Part shown: positions 33,540 through 51,094 of the stretch, in pieces | Layout of the letters: every line of letters starts with the position of its first letter | How positions within the stretch are numbered: position 1 is the first letter of the stretch | Assembly: GCF_009914755.1 (NCBI RefSeq) | Contig: NC_060926.1 | Reading direction: 5' to 3' (one strand) | Length of the DNA: 64,000 bases | From: the human T2T-CHM13v2.0 reference genome, Homo sapiens | Position numbers and translations under genes: made by a program | The notes under the pieces: model-generated | What the model was told of the DNA's origin: nothing | Database searches by the model: none | Seen by the model: the letters and a program-made list of their open reading frames with translations, nothing else

Positions 33540-35444
33540 TAGAAGATTTTTAAGCAGGATGTGATTTTATCAAATCAGGATTTTTCTGGTGACAGGGAGG
33601 AGGGTGGATGGAGCATAGAGAAACAGGAGGCATGTGGGTAATGTTTCTATAACAGGATTAATTTATTTTAAAGGAAGAACATAAAGAAGTCAATGAGTTT
33701 CCATCTGGATTTTTCTTAGTTTGGAAATCTTCTCTAGTTTCTAACAGATTTTATCATGACCTTAGTGTATTTTTGAGTTAACAAGCCTTGATAGAAAATA
33801 AAAATCTACTCTAAATATTTAAAAAATATATTTCAAGTGGTGATGGAACATTTCCTTTGTCATAAGGACATTTTACCAATCTGCATAGAAATGCTTTAAG
33901 TCTTGGAGAATTTCCTCCGTTTTGTTGAGGCTTCTGCCATCTGCCTTTTGAATTTTGGTTATTAAGGTTGAGCAGCTTTGTGGCCTACTCAGATTGCCAA
34001 CATCTGCCTCATTTATTTAGGCTTTTTATTTTTCTAATAGCCAGGGTGAATTGAGTTTTAATGGATGGTACCGATTTTAACTTTGCTTTCTATTCAAAAA
34101 TAAACTTTTTTTATATGAATCTAAATCTCTCGCTCCATCCACTTGCAGGCAAGTAGGCATTTTGTAGAATGTAATTATTACAGAGGAGCGATGCTGTTTT
34201 TTATTTAGCACAATTTACCTATTGCAGAGCACAGCATACAGTTCTATAACGCATAATGATCATAATGGGCTACATAGACCCTCTCAGCCAGCTCTATTTT
34301 TGCATATGATTCATTTTAATTTCAGAGGCACAAAAGGGATTATGTCTCTATTGGAATGTCTTGAGTAAGCCCTACAGCAGGGGAGCTGTGATGTCATTTG
34401 TTCTATGAAAAGCATGCTTTCATCTATTATGGACTGAGTCTGAAATATAAATATAAGATACTGAGGGATTTTTTTGTTAGTAAACTGGTCATATGCATTT
34501 TTCTCTGTTAATAATCAGGACACATTTTCTCATGCAAATCATTTATTTCATAACTAAAATCCAGAAGTTGTATCTCAAGTTGCAAACTGATTTAAAGTCA
34601 TCATCTCCAACTTGCTTTTGCAGGTATCTGCTAGCTATTTGTGACAAACTGGGCAAGGCATTCTGTGGTTTTACTTTTTTAATTTGGATCACAAAACTTT
34701 TGTCAAATTAAGACTCTAAATATAAGTTACTATGTTCAATTTCTAGACGATTTTCTCAGCTTTATTGAAGTTATCTGTCTTCTGATTTTCATTTATTAAG
34801 ATTAACTATACAAATTATCAAATTGCAACAACAACATTGACGATGAGATTGTGGCATAAAAAGTAACTTGGTGTGTTAAAACCACTGGACAAATTAGAAG
34901 TTGTGGATTTGGGTTCTAAATCAAGCATGGACTAGCCATGTCATTAGTGCTTACCACCTAATAGTTAAGTTTCAGACTATCACATGCCTTTCAAAGGGTT
35001 AGATCTATGTCAATTATAGATGGATAAAATTAGAGATACTTATTATGGAAAAGAAAAGGTGCTTGTAAGAGACGAAAAAGATAAAAAAATTCAGATATTT
35101 ACCAAAGAAAATTGGCATAGCAATAGCAAATATCATTACAAAACAAATTGAGAAACTTATAGTTCAAGCAAATAACTTGTGATCACATACAAAATTTTGA
35201 AAGCAAAACTGAAAAGTGTGATATTATAGATATTTTAAAGAGATAAATCTGAAATCAACAAATAGTATGTAGTCCGTACAAGTCACATGAAACATTTAAA
35301 GAAAATTTCGAAAATATTTACATACTAAGTCACCAAGAAAGTCTAAAAATTTCAGCGCACTGATGCAATGCAAGCCAGATTTTCTGATCAAAACTCAATT
35401 AAATTAGAACTTAACAACAACAATAATCATCACTCTAAACCCAT

Positions 35445-35963
35445 TGTGTTAACCAGGTTTTAGAATTGCCCTAACCATCCTTGACTTCTGTGATTCAGAC
35501 TTTGTGTAGTCCTCTCCCACATTGTATCACAGTTGGTCTCTCTCACCAGGAGAACGTGACAGAAGTTATGGTGTGTTCTATCTGAAACTAGGTGATAAAG
35601 GGCATCACAGCCTCTGCCTTGATATCCCTGGGACTGCTGGCTGTGGAAGATCAGTAAGCAGCTCTGTGAAGACATCTACAGTGGAAGGAACTGAGGAAAG
35701 TGAAGGATGTGGTCTTCAGGCAGCAGTAATGTAAGAAAACCAGGATTGGATCCTGCCACTTCAGTTGTGTCTTCAGCAAACTGTAGCCCTGACAAACATT
35801 TTGACTATAACCTCATGAGACCCTGCACCAGCACTACCCAACTGAGGCACTCCAATATTCCTGATCTCAGAAATAGATTTCTATTGTAGATTATAAACAT
35901 GTGTTGTTTTAAGCCACTAAATTTTGGAGGAATTTTGCTTTACAGCAATGGGAAAGTAACATA
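35445..35963 (+). mobile_element. MLT1E/F-type (MaLR) solo LTR
   Basis: gactataacctcatgagaccctg...tgttgttttaagccactaaattttgg...acagcaat. Confidence 0.75.
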
Positions 35964-36023
35964 TTCCTATACTTTTACAACTGATATTCTATTCCTAAGT
36001 AATTCCTGAGTATGATTGTTTTT

Positions 36024-36407
36024 TGACTTATTTTGTGGATTTGTGCCCCTGCCCAAATCTTATGTCAAATTGTGATCGCCAGTGTTGGAGGAGGGGACTG
36101 TTGGGAGGTGATAGGATCATGGTGGTGGATTTACCCCTTGCTGTTCTTGTGATAGTGAGTGAATTCTCACGAGATCTGGTTGTTTAAGAGTGTAGCACTT
36201 CCCACTTTCCTCTCTTCCTCTTTCTCAGGCCATGTAAGACATGCCTCATTCTTCTTCACCTTCCATCATGATTGTAAGTTTCCTGAGCTCTCCCCAGCCA
36301 TGCTTCCTGTACAGCCTGTGGAACTGTAAGTCAATTAAACCTCTTTTGTTTTTAAATTACCCAGTTTCAGATAGTTTGTTATAGCAATGTGAGAAGAAAC
36401 TCATACA
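36024..36407 (+). mobile_element. MSTA (MaLR) solo LTR
   Basis: cccctgcccaaatcttatgtcaaattgt...ccatcatgattgtaagtttcctgag...atagcaatgtgagaagaaactcataca. Confidence 0.85.
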
Positions 36408-36448
36408 GTAGATATTTCAAAAATTACATGAAAGTAGTGATAAAAATA

Positions 36449-39099
36449 CAGTTGACCCTTGAACAACATGAGTGTGAACTGCTCAGGTCCACTTATGCAG
36501 ATTTTTTCCAACAAATATATTAGAAAAAAAATTGAAGATTTACAAGAATTTGAAAAAAATTTGCAGATGAAACAAGTGGCCTATAAATATTTTAAAAATT
36601 AAGAAAGCCTTCAGTATATTATGAATGCATAAAATATATGGAGATACTAATCTGTTTTATCATTTACTACCATAAATATGCACAAATCTCTCATAAAAGT
36701 TAAAATTTATCACACTTACACACTTATAGACCCTACATAGTGCCATTTGCTGTCTAGATAAATGTAAATAAGGGTAAAAATGCAATATTAAATCATAACT
36801 GCTTAAAATTAAATGTAGTGCATGCTGTACTACTGTAATAATTTCATAGCCACCTCCTGTTGCTATTACAGTGAGCTCAAGTGCTGCAAGTAACATGCAA
36901 TGCTAATTATCTCCGTGTGAGCAGTTCAGCTCTCCAGTAAATTGTGTGTCACAGTAAAAAAGTGATATTGTTGTTCTCACATATATTTCATCATATTTAA
37001 TGCAATACTGTAAACCTTAAATAAAATCATGGGACCCATACAAAGCACTGCTAGTGATGCTGGAAGTGCTCCTAAGAAACGGAGATGTCATGTCACTACA
37101 CAAAAAGGTTGAATTGCTTTATATGTACCATAGATTGAGGTCTGCAACTGTGGTTGCCCGCCATTTCAAGATCAAGGAGTCCAGTCTAAGGACCATTGTT
37201 AGAAAAGGAAATGTTGAAGCAGTTGTTGTACCTACGGCAGCAGGCACAAAACCCCTGCACTTTTTGAGGAATACCTTTTTATCTCATGTAGAAAATGCAA
37301 CTTTTATGTGGGTGCATAATTGCTATAACAAAGGCACACCTGTATGATTCAAGAAAAAGTGAAGTCATTACATAACAACATAAAGCAAAAGAAAGGTCAA
37401 GGACCTAAAACTGGAGAAACTAATGGCAGCAAAAGATGGTTTGATAATTTTAGAAAGACATTTGGCTTAAAAATGTCAAGATAACAGCAGAAGTAGCATC
37501 TGCTAAACAAGAGACAGCAGAGGAGTTCCCAGATGCTGTTGAGAAAATCATTGAGATGAAAGGATATCTGCCTGAACAGGTTTCTAATGCAGAAGACAGT
37601 GCCCTATTCTGGAAAAACAAAATGCCACAAAGAACACTTATTAGTAAAAAAGAGATGTGAGCACCAGGATTTAAGTCAGGGAAAGACAGACTAACTGTGC
37701 TACTGTGTACAAATACAGTCAGGTTTATGATCAGGACTGCCCCTTGTCTATAAAGCTGCTAACACCTGAGCCTGGAAGACAAAAGGTAAACAACAGCTGC
37801 CAGTCTTTTGGTGGTACAGCAAGAAGGCCTGGACAAGAGAATCCTTTTTTTCTGGACTGGTTTCATGGATATTTATCCCTAAGGTCAAGAAGTAGTTTGC
37901 CAGTAAAAGACTGCCTTTAAATTTCTCTTCGTATAGAATAATGCCCATAGCCACCAGATCCCCATGAGTTCAACACTGAAGGCACTGAAGTGGTTTCTGT
38001 GTCCCCAAATGCAATGTCTCTAATTTATCTTATAGATCACAGGGCCACAGTATCTTTAAGACTCATTACACACTGTACTCTATGGAAAATATTATCAACA
38101 CTATAAAGAGAACCTCGATAGAACATCATGAAAGTCTGGAAGGATTACACCATTGAAGATATCATCATTGTTATAGAAAATGCTGTAAAAGCCATCAAAC
38201 TCAAAACAGTAAATTTCTGCTAGAGAAAACTGTGTCCAGATGTTGTACATGACTTCACAGCATTTACGACAGAGCCAGTTGAGGAAATCATGAAGGAGAT
38301 TATGGATATGGTGGGGGATAAAGGGTTTCAAGGTATGGATCTTGGAGAGATTGAAAAGTTAATGGACACCAAACCAGAGGAATTAACAGAAGATGACTTG
38401 ATGAAGGTGAGTGCTCTGGAACCAGTGCCAGATGATGAGGAAGAAGATGACAAGAAGAAGCAGTGCCAGGAAACAAATTGATATCAGCCAATCTGGCAGG
38501 AAAGTTCTGATTATTCAAGATGGCTTTTGACTTGTTTCATGACATGAAGTCTTCTATGATATGGGTACTGAACCTAAAACAAATGGTGGAAGGATGAGCA
38601 CCACATAGAAACACTTTTAGAGAAATGAAAAGGCAAAAAAGACAGAAATTACAATGCATTTCCTTAAAATTACACCAAGTGTGCCTGCCTCCCCTTGTAC
38701 GTTCTCCACCTCTTCCACCTCTCCCACCCTGAGACAGAAGATGAATTCCCCCTCTTCTTCCTCTTCCTCAGCCTACTCAACATGAAGATGAAGAGGGTGA
38801 AGACTTTTATGATGATCCATTTCTACTTAATGAATAATAAATATATTTTCTCTTCTTTAGTATTTTCTTAATAACATTTTCTTTTCTCTAGCTTACTTTA
38901 TTGCAAGAATATAGAATATAGTATATAATACATATAATATACAAAATATGTGTGAATCATATGTTTGCATTATTGGTAAGGTTTCCCGTCAATAGTAGCT
39001 ATTTGTAGGTATGTTGTTAGAAGTCAAATGTTATATAGGAATTTTTGACTGTGGGAAAGGTCAGCACCCCTAACACTTGTGTTGTTCAAGAGTCAATTG
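36449..39099 (+). mobile_element. Full-length Tigger2 (TcMar-Tigger) DNA transposon (defective)
   Basis: TIRs cagttgacccttgaacaaca / tgttgttcaagagtcaattg with TA on both sides; 2651 bp; pogo/CENP-B-like transposase fragments (37054-37347 HTH-like; 38290-38481 acidic C-terminus). Confidence 0.92.
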
Positions 39100-39179
39100 T
39101 ATAGTGAATATCTATGCAACAACTAGCCATGTGTTTTTATAATAAATATTTTATTCAATATAAGTTTATATTTGTGGTC

Positions 39180-40410
39180 TCATTCTTTAAAAAATTATTG
39201 CTGGAATATTTCATAAGGCATAACCCAGAAAACATATTATTTAACCACAAATACTTATGTATTTATTTACAGATAAGGAATTAAAGATAATACAATCACA
39301 AAATCATTATCACATATAACTAAATGATCAATAATCCCTGATATAATATCTAGTTGATATTCAAGTTTCTTGGATTATCTACAAAAAATACCTGCAGCAT
39401 GTTTGTATGAGATCGAAGCAAATCTACACATCATGACCTCTTTTGTTATTGTTGTTGTTGTGGAGAGAGGGTCTGGCTATGTTACTCAGGCTGGTCTTGA
39501 ACTGCTGGGCTCAAGCAATCCTCAGCCACCTGAATAGCTGGGATTGCAGGCATACGCCACTACCATGCCCAGCATTCACAGACTCTTAAGTGTCCTTTAA
39601 CTGATGGTAGTTTTCCTCCATCCCTGACCATTTTCTGTTTACTTGTTGAAGAAAATGTACTTGTTTTCAGTCAGAATTTCAAATATCTATTTGGCTGATT
39701 ACTTTCTTGTGATGTCATTCCTCTTATTTCTATGTACCTTATATTGCCTGTCAGCTATTATTTGTGTCTTGGGACTTAGTTAGATTCCTGTTCATTTACA
39801 GTATGTGTGTGTGTGTTTGTGTATGACCATTGGTGGTGCTATACACTGTCTATGGCATTATGCAAGAGGGAATGTAAAAATGAATGGCCCGTGCTTAGTG
39901 ATAAGATTAGTTCATTGATTCAGGATCCATCAAGTATCCACCTAGCAGATCCATCCCTTACAAATTTTCAAACAAGAATTTCTCTAATGGTTTTAGGATA
40001 TGTGGATTATCACTACCTAGACTTATGCATTAAGAATAGCAAAATGGTGAATTTCTAATTCTATCATTCCTTTTGCATTTATTGGCTCACACTTAAATTT
40101 AAAAATTTCCCCTACCAACTATTTGTTTACCTTGCAGCAAATATTCTACAGAAAAGGCATAATAAATACTTAATTAAGCATTGAAATTACTTACTATTTA
40201 AAAAAAAATGATAGGTGACCAATGAGTGTCTTCTATCTTTGGCCATTAGAAGCCCTTTCAAGTAGGTTGATGTATTTTTTTGTTTACATGATCTCAATAT
40301 TCATTACTTTCTCTGTTTGAGGGCGCAACTAGACACCCTATCTCATTTATATCTGTCCTGCCCCAGACCTAGAATCACCATTTCTCTAAGAAGTTATGGA
40401 CACTAGGGAT
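39180..40410 (-). mobile_element. Old L1M 3' UTR fragments
   Basis: T-rich L1MC/ME-like segments (caaaatggtgaatttctaattctatcattcc; tgccccagacctagaatcaccatttctctaag). Confidence 0.55.
39441..39573 (-). mobile_element. Free Alu monomer (FLAM/FAM-like)
   Basis: Single arm: ggtctggctatgttactcaggctggtcttgaactgctgggctcaagcaatcc...ccatgcccagc with (ttg)n tail. Confidence 0.75.
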
Positions 40411-41899
40411 TTTTAGTATATTTAATTCTCTGTACCTGGAAGAATGTATATCAGCTCAATTTTTAACATATAGATATTAAAATGAGCAAATTCATATAGG
40501 CAACAGAAGTATAAACCATCTGTCTCTTACCTTTTTGTTTTTGACCTCAGAACTACCTGACAGTGAACCTATGGTGTTATTTCAGGTAACTTTTACAAAT
40601 ATATCACATCTCGTATGTAATTAACACTTATAATCTTCTTGATTAAAAGGCCAGTAAAATATATAAAATATTTAAATGATCTGTGTATAATTTTTCAACT
40701 TTTCCCTTAGAAAACTTTATTACTTCCCATGCACACAGAAACCTTACTTATTTTCACCAGTTCATTGTAGTATGAAGACCAACTTTTACTAGAGATTAAA
40801 AAAGAAGTATGAATGCACTTTGTGTATTTATTTAGAAGCTGACTTTCTATACAATCTCTGAGATAGTTCTTTTTTTTTTTTTTTTTTTTTTACTAAAATG
40901 AAAATGTAGTCAATGACAATCCAAATGCATATTATCCTGCTTTGTTCATGGGACCTTATACAAATGATTGGCTATTTTTCCGTTCAGAATTAAGGATTAT
41001 TGAAGCTTGTGTAACAGGGACTTTGTTCTTCATAATTCATTTTCTGTTACTTGCTTATGCAATGAAGCATTATAATTTGCAGGCTATTACTTCACAGGAC
41101 TTACAACTTCATTGCTTGTACAAAGGAAAGAACAAAGATGAGTCAGGAGTATAAAAAACATCTCACAGGTAATGAAAAAGTAAATCAACTTACATTTCCT
41201 GCAAATTGATAAGTAGGAAGTTTTTACTAATGAATCCTATAATTCTCACAATGCAGTGTTTATTTTCAGGGTTCCCTTCTAAGAAATATGATTGTATAAG
41301 GTAATTATTATACACTGAGATTAGGTTCCAGGTAAGCAAAACCCATAGTGAATTACTTCCATAAGAATTAAAGCAAAATATCTAGATATGCTCTCAAATT
41401 GCCACATCTCAATAATTTCAAATCCACTAACACTTTCAACAGACTCATTAAATTGTATTTGGAACGGAGCGGGTAGATTCATTTAAAAACAAATGAATCA
41501 TTCTTCCCTTACAAATGTCCATCTTGGCTTTGATTAAAACAACTGAGACAGAATAACTTGTTGAACAAAGCCATAGCCATTCAAAAATGCTCCCAAGCAA
41601 GGTAAGTTAGTCAGGGTGAGTGAAGATCATTCACATTGGCATTCATTGCCCTCTTAGTATTTGGGATGTTGAAGGTCAAGAATCTGCAGGATGTCAAAGG
41701 CCTAAACATAATTTTTTCTTCTTAATCCTTACTTGAGTCAATAATGTAGGAATAGAGCATTTCCTACTTGGCACTATGATTTTGAACATTTGGCAAACTG
41801 CAAAAATGAAAACTGTGTATGGCTTGCTTATGAGGTGACTGTGGAATAGAGGAAATCTATACATGAGGCACATATGTAGAAACCAGTATGCAAAGAATC

Positions 41900-42153
41900 A
41901 ATATAATGAGGAGTGAAAAAGAAACAACAACTAGAGATTTGGAAGATATTAAATAAATACTATCAATAACTTTATGCCAATAAATTTGAAAAATTAGATA
42001 AAATGGAAATATTCCTAGAAAAATATAAAGTAAAAACAAACAAAAAAATAAAAATACAAGTTCAGCAAAAAACAGGAAATATGCATAATCCTACAGTCAT
42101 TAGTATACTTACATCAGAAGATAAATATCTTCCCATCAGAAAACCCCAGACTC
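41900..42153 (+). mobile_element. Old L1 ORF2 fragment
   Basis: aactttatgccaataaatttgaaaaattagataaaatggaaatattcctagaaaaat...agaaaaccccag. Confidence 0.7.
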
Positions 42154-42154
42154 A

Positions 42155-44880
<2,726 letters not shown>

Positions 44881-46109
44881 AATCCTCCAAGAAGTTCTCA
44901 TCCCAAGGTAGATGTCCCCACTGAAACAGGAGGACTCAGGAGGCTCATCTGAGAATCACAGTCATAACTAGGATGGGACATTGCTGTTGGCAATTTGCCA
45001 ATGAGTGCAAGTGACTGAGGCAAATCCTAAGGTAGCTGGGAAAACCAAGACACTCAGAGATTTCCAAACTTTTCAGTGAGAAGACCATGCCCCACACTGA
45101 TGAGAAACCGACAGGAATAGAATATGAATTATTCTGGACAGGTGTTCTTGAAGTAAAGGACAGAACTGGTCCAGATACTACAGGGTGACAAAACAGAAAG
45201 TACTGAAGAAGTGGCTAGAAGAAAGATTATATTTTTAATACTTAATCATAGCGCATCATAGAAGTCCTATAACCCAGAAGCTAGAGAAGTATCTTGAGCC
45301 ACACCTACATTCCTAAAACTATAGGAAAACTAATTTCATTTAAATATGAGGATAAATTAAAAATTTGAGTTTGAAAAATTACAAATATATAATTTTTAAA
45401 AAAGAATAAAGGTAACCTGAGAAAACATGCATAAAAATGTGGCTAAAGTGTTTAGTGAAAGTAAAACCTAATGAGACAAAAGGGCTTAGGGGAAATTTAA
45501 AAGATGAAACAAACTGTGAAACATCCTCCTACAAATACACACATGATGTATTTCACAACAAAAATTATGAAATGAATAGTTGGTTTATAACTTGGATCTC
45601 CCAATAGTATGATTGTCATGTAGGTCTGAAAAATGAAATTGGTTATGGCCTTCCCTTCAAAAAAAATTAATATTCTTCTTTTGACTTTTAAATTATAAAA
45701 TGAAGAGTATTTTCTCTTTCTCCTTTTTCCCCATGACCCATCATGAGTGGAAAAAAACATGTTGAAATTTGGAAAATTGAGGATATAAAAATGCTCCCTA
45801 AAAGTCCTATTTTGTCTTCAATTTTTACTTTTAGGATCCTTTTCTTACTCTTTTTCATTCTTGCTTCTCTTTTCTTTGTTTTAATGAGTACCCCTTTTAT
45901 TAATACCCACTTAGGATTCCAATAACATCAATATCGTTATTAAGCAAATGATTTAAAGCATGTAAAAATATGAAATTGTGAAATACTTGTTTTAAAATCA
46001 TAACTATGCTCTATTCTTTGCTTGTTTGTTTTTTTCCAAGAAAGGATTTGTATTCTTTCTTACTATTGAATGTGAATCTACAACTACTTCAGATAAACAA
46101 TATCTTAAA

Positions 46110-46250
46110 ATAAGAAAAAGTAAGACTGGTGAGGTCTAGACTGGCCTTTGAGCTGTAATTTGTGACCCCTGTTCTAGAAGTCTATTATTTAAGCTTCTAC
46201 TTTTACATCTATAAACGATCTCAAATAAATTTTTATGTCTTGCCCAAGGT
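46110..46250 (+). mobile_element. MIR SINE relic
   Basis: tctagactggcctttg...tttgtgacc...tttacatctataaa. Confidence 0.45.
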
Positions 46251-46299
46251 AAAGAGGTTCAAATATTTTTATAACATGGCCTCACTTCTTTGCACAATA

Positions 46300-47145
46300 T
46301 ATGAAAAAACTTTCTCTCAAAAAGAAGATATTCAAATGACCATACGAATATATCATATGGAAATTTGCTCCACATTATGAGAAATGAGAATAATGCAAAT
46401 TAAAACCACCACCCTAAACCATCACTGCATACTACTCAGAACAGATAAAATGTAAACTGCGGATATGGGGTGGCTACATACTTTGCATGAATGTATAATG
46501 GTACAATGACATTGGGAAAAACAGTCTGTCAGCTTCAGACAAGATTAAACGCACCCTTTCCTGTGTCCTAGCAATTCTACTCATGATACACAGGCAAGAG
46601 ACATGAGTAAACATGTGCACTAGACATGCGCATGAGTTTCAAACTGAACTTGACCTAAATGCCCTTCAATAAGAGAATGGATAAGCAAATTCCAGTGTGT
46701 TCATATAATGGGGTCCTATGCAGCAATAACAAAGAATAACACAAGTTTTAATGTATATGTATGACCAATACATATAATATGTATGACAAACATTTTATGT
46801 AGTTATATGACAACATTTGTATATATGTATATGTATGACACATATAAAACATGGTTGAATGGTAAGAACATTATGTTGACTGAAGGAAAGCAGATGTAAA
46901 ACAGTGCACAGTATGCGCCTCCATTTATAAGAAATTCAAGAGCAGGTAAAACTATGCTGATTATTTTTGAAGAATTTGGTATTGACACAAAAATCCTATA
47001 GAAAAATCTCCTGGTGTTATGGAAATGTGCTATATGTTTATCTAGAGGGTGATTTACTGGGTATGTACTTATGTATGGCATTATCAAGCTTTCCACTTAA
47101 TAACTGTGCACTTTACTGAATGTAAATTGTCTCTTAATTACAAAA
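46300..47145 (+). mobile_element. L1ME-type 3' end
   Basis: aaagaagatattcaaatgacc; aatgcaaattaaaacca; ctagcaattctactc; gtgcactttactgaatgtaaattgt. Confidence 0.75.
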
Positions 47146-47189
47146 GATGGCATCAATGGGGCAAGAGTGTGGGGACATTATTGAAAGGG

Positions 47190-47453
<264 letters not shown>

Positions 47454-47482
47454 TGACAAACTAACCAATAGAAAATATCTGA

Positions 47483-47805
<323 letters not shown>

Positions 47806-48321
47806 GAGACTGTTTACTTTCTAGAAAAAGTAATTTATTATTTATTTAAATTTAAGTAATTAGGTCATTCATTCATTAATTAATTTAACAGATATTTATT
47901 TTGCACCTGCCAGATGCTGGGTAAGTTTTTAGCACATAAGACAAATTATCCTTTTGAAAAATTTCCAGTATTGAAAGACATTTTATCACTCTATTTTTTT
48001 TTTGTACAATTTATCACTTTTACTATATTTTAATACTAAAGTAAATACTTTTATTAAATTTCTTTGATTTATACTCCAGATTTAAGGAATCCTGAAGATT
48101 TCTAGTTCTAATCTGTTATTATGAGGTTTATATTAACTTCAAACACTCTAATTTTTCCTCATTTCCCTTTCCCTCCAATAGCTTCAATTCCCACTTTTAG
48201 CCTGTATACAGTATTTCTCTCTCTTTCTGGTCCAGTGCCACTTATATTCCCATTTCCATCTCACTATCTTCACGACTTTGTATCTTCTTGAACCTCTTAT
48301 CTTTGCTGAAAGGAGCTAGAT

Positions 48322-48348
<27 letters not shown>
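48322..48348. repeat. (CA)n microsatellite
   Basis: About 13 AC units. Confidence 0.9.
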
Positions 48349-48352
<4 letters not shown>

Positions 48353-49167
48353 TAAATTATAACAGCCATGGAAAAATGCAGGATCACAATCTAAACCATT
48401 TTTTCTCTTATTGCTTACAACACTTTTATATTGTTAGTAAAATTTAAAAAAAAACACTTAAAAATATAGGTTCTAGTTAGTAGTGAGTGACAAAACCGTC
48501 TTTTTCTTTTGTATTCAGTACTTTTTTTTCTTGGTTGTTTTATATGATTGATCTGTATATAGTTCAGACCTGAAGACAGAATATATGATTCCTCTCAAGT
48601 CTCAAAGCCGCTGTTTGAATGGCACTTTATTTACATTAGCATTCCTAATTACTTAATGACCAATCAGATATGGTTCATTGCTAGTAAGTGTAGAAACATG
48701 TTGTCTGAAGGATGTAGTTTAATTAGTATACTTCTAAAAACATGTCCCTCATGACCATTTGATGTAATCATTATTTTATGTATTTAACTGTGAAATTCAT
48801 ATTTACTCAGCAGGCTAGAGAATAGCGTTTAGTTCTTAAAGCTGTTTAATAGAGCATAGTTAGATTTTTAAAGGAGCCTGCAAAATATTTTAAAAAGTAG
48901 GTTACTTAAAAAAAAGTCAGCAGTCCAATAAAGTAGTTATTACACTTAAATACTAATATCATATTCATAAAACAGTAAAAGAGGAATAGATACATGAAGA
49001 AGCTCACAGTAATTTGTCCCTTAATGACATAGGTAAAAGAATCTCACATTCATCTAAGCCATTGAGATTATTTAGACATTTTTACTCTTAAAGATTTTGA
49101 AAATGACCTAATTTCTGACATAACCGATGATTTCTATTTTTCCTCCTACTGGTTATTCATTACATGA

Positions 49168-49603
<436 letters not shown>

Positions 49604-50055
49604 TGGATTGTCATTTATACTTGACTTCTGAGAAGCACCAAATTGTTTAACTTGGGGGAGTCACTTTTATAATTAGTATATTCAAGAATATTAGTTTGCA
49701 AGGATTTGACAACTGATAATAGATGATACTGTGAGCAATAATCATTGCGTAGAGCTTTGTAGTATGCCTCCTCGTATGATCACTCATCATTCATTATCCA
49801 GGTTTTGATTCGAATATGAATCGAACAGTCACCAAAACAGATGCCTCAGGGGTACTTCATTTGCTTTATGTTCAGGAATCAGTCAATAACTCAGAAATTG
49901 ATCCTAGAATTTTAGACATTTTCTCACTCAATTCCTTCACACATTATTTCAGGAGTACACAGGCAATATCTTCATGGCCATCTCCCATTTGAGGTACTAA
50001 TAGCAGTGATAATATTGTCAATGTTACTGTATCAGTCCTATGATTATCAATATTA

Positions 50056-50376
<321 letters not shown>

Positions 50377-51094
50377 ATATCAAGTCTTCTTATATACCAA
50401 ATATTTTTATAATTATTTTACATGCTTGGACTTGTTTATTCTATAAAGCTATCTACTGAATTAAATATTCTTATTTCCATTTTCCAGGTAAGAAAATCAA
50501 AATATTGAGACATTTAATACCTGCCCTGACCATCATATATAATTAGTAACTGATGAAACCTAGATTTAATAAACCCTTTTAGAAGTTATAAATAGAAATT
50601 TTTGGAACTTTAAGAAAGGAAGATGGCAAATACATTTGCAAAGTTACTATCTATGTTTAGTCATTACAGTACTAGAAACACCTAAGGTAATATGTTTTAA
50701 ACAAAATATGAAAATACACGTAAACACTTCTTGTAATACTTTTTCTACAAGTAAACGATGAGTTTATTTTTAGCTTTTTCTTTGCATTTCCATGATTAGA
50801 AGTCTAAAGACAGGTTGAGGCACACCCATCTTTCCAATAGCCTTTTTCTAAGCACATATGAGGAAAGGACTTTCGGCCTAGGCTTAGGTGTCATGGAGGT
50901 AGGCTTCTAGGAGCCCTCTCTATCTGGTGAGGTCACTTTGATTACAGTTGCTGATGTTGTATTTATTGCCTTGCTGAAGATTAACCTCTCCATTTTTCTT
51001 CAATATCTAATTACATACAGAGATACAGAGTGTAGGACTAGTATTTGTTTAGGTTTAAAAAGAGTATTTTCTGCAAATGTAATTAAAGGTAGGT

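Noticed and set aside
37054-38481. Domesticated TIGD/CENP-B-like gene
   Set aside because: Frameshifted, stop-ridden transposase enclosed by Tigger2 TIRs
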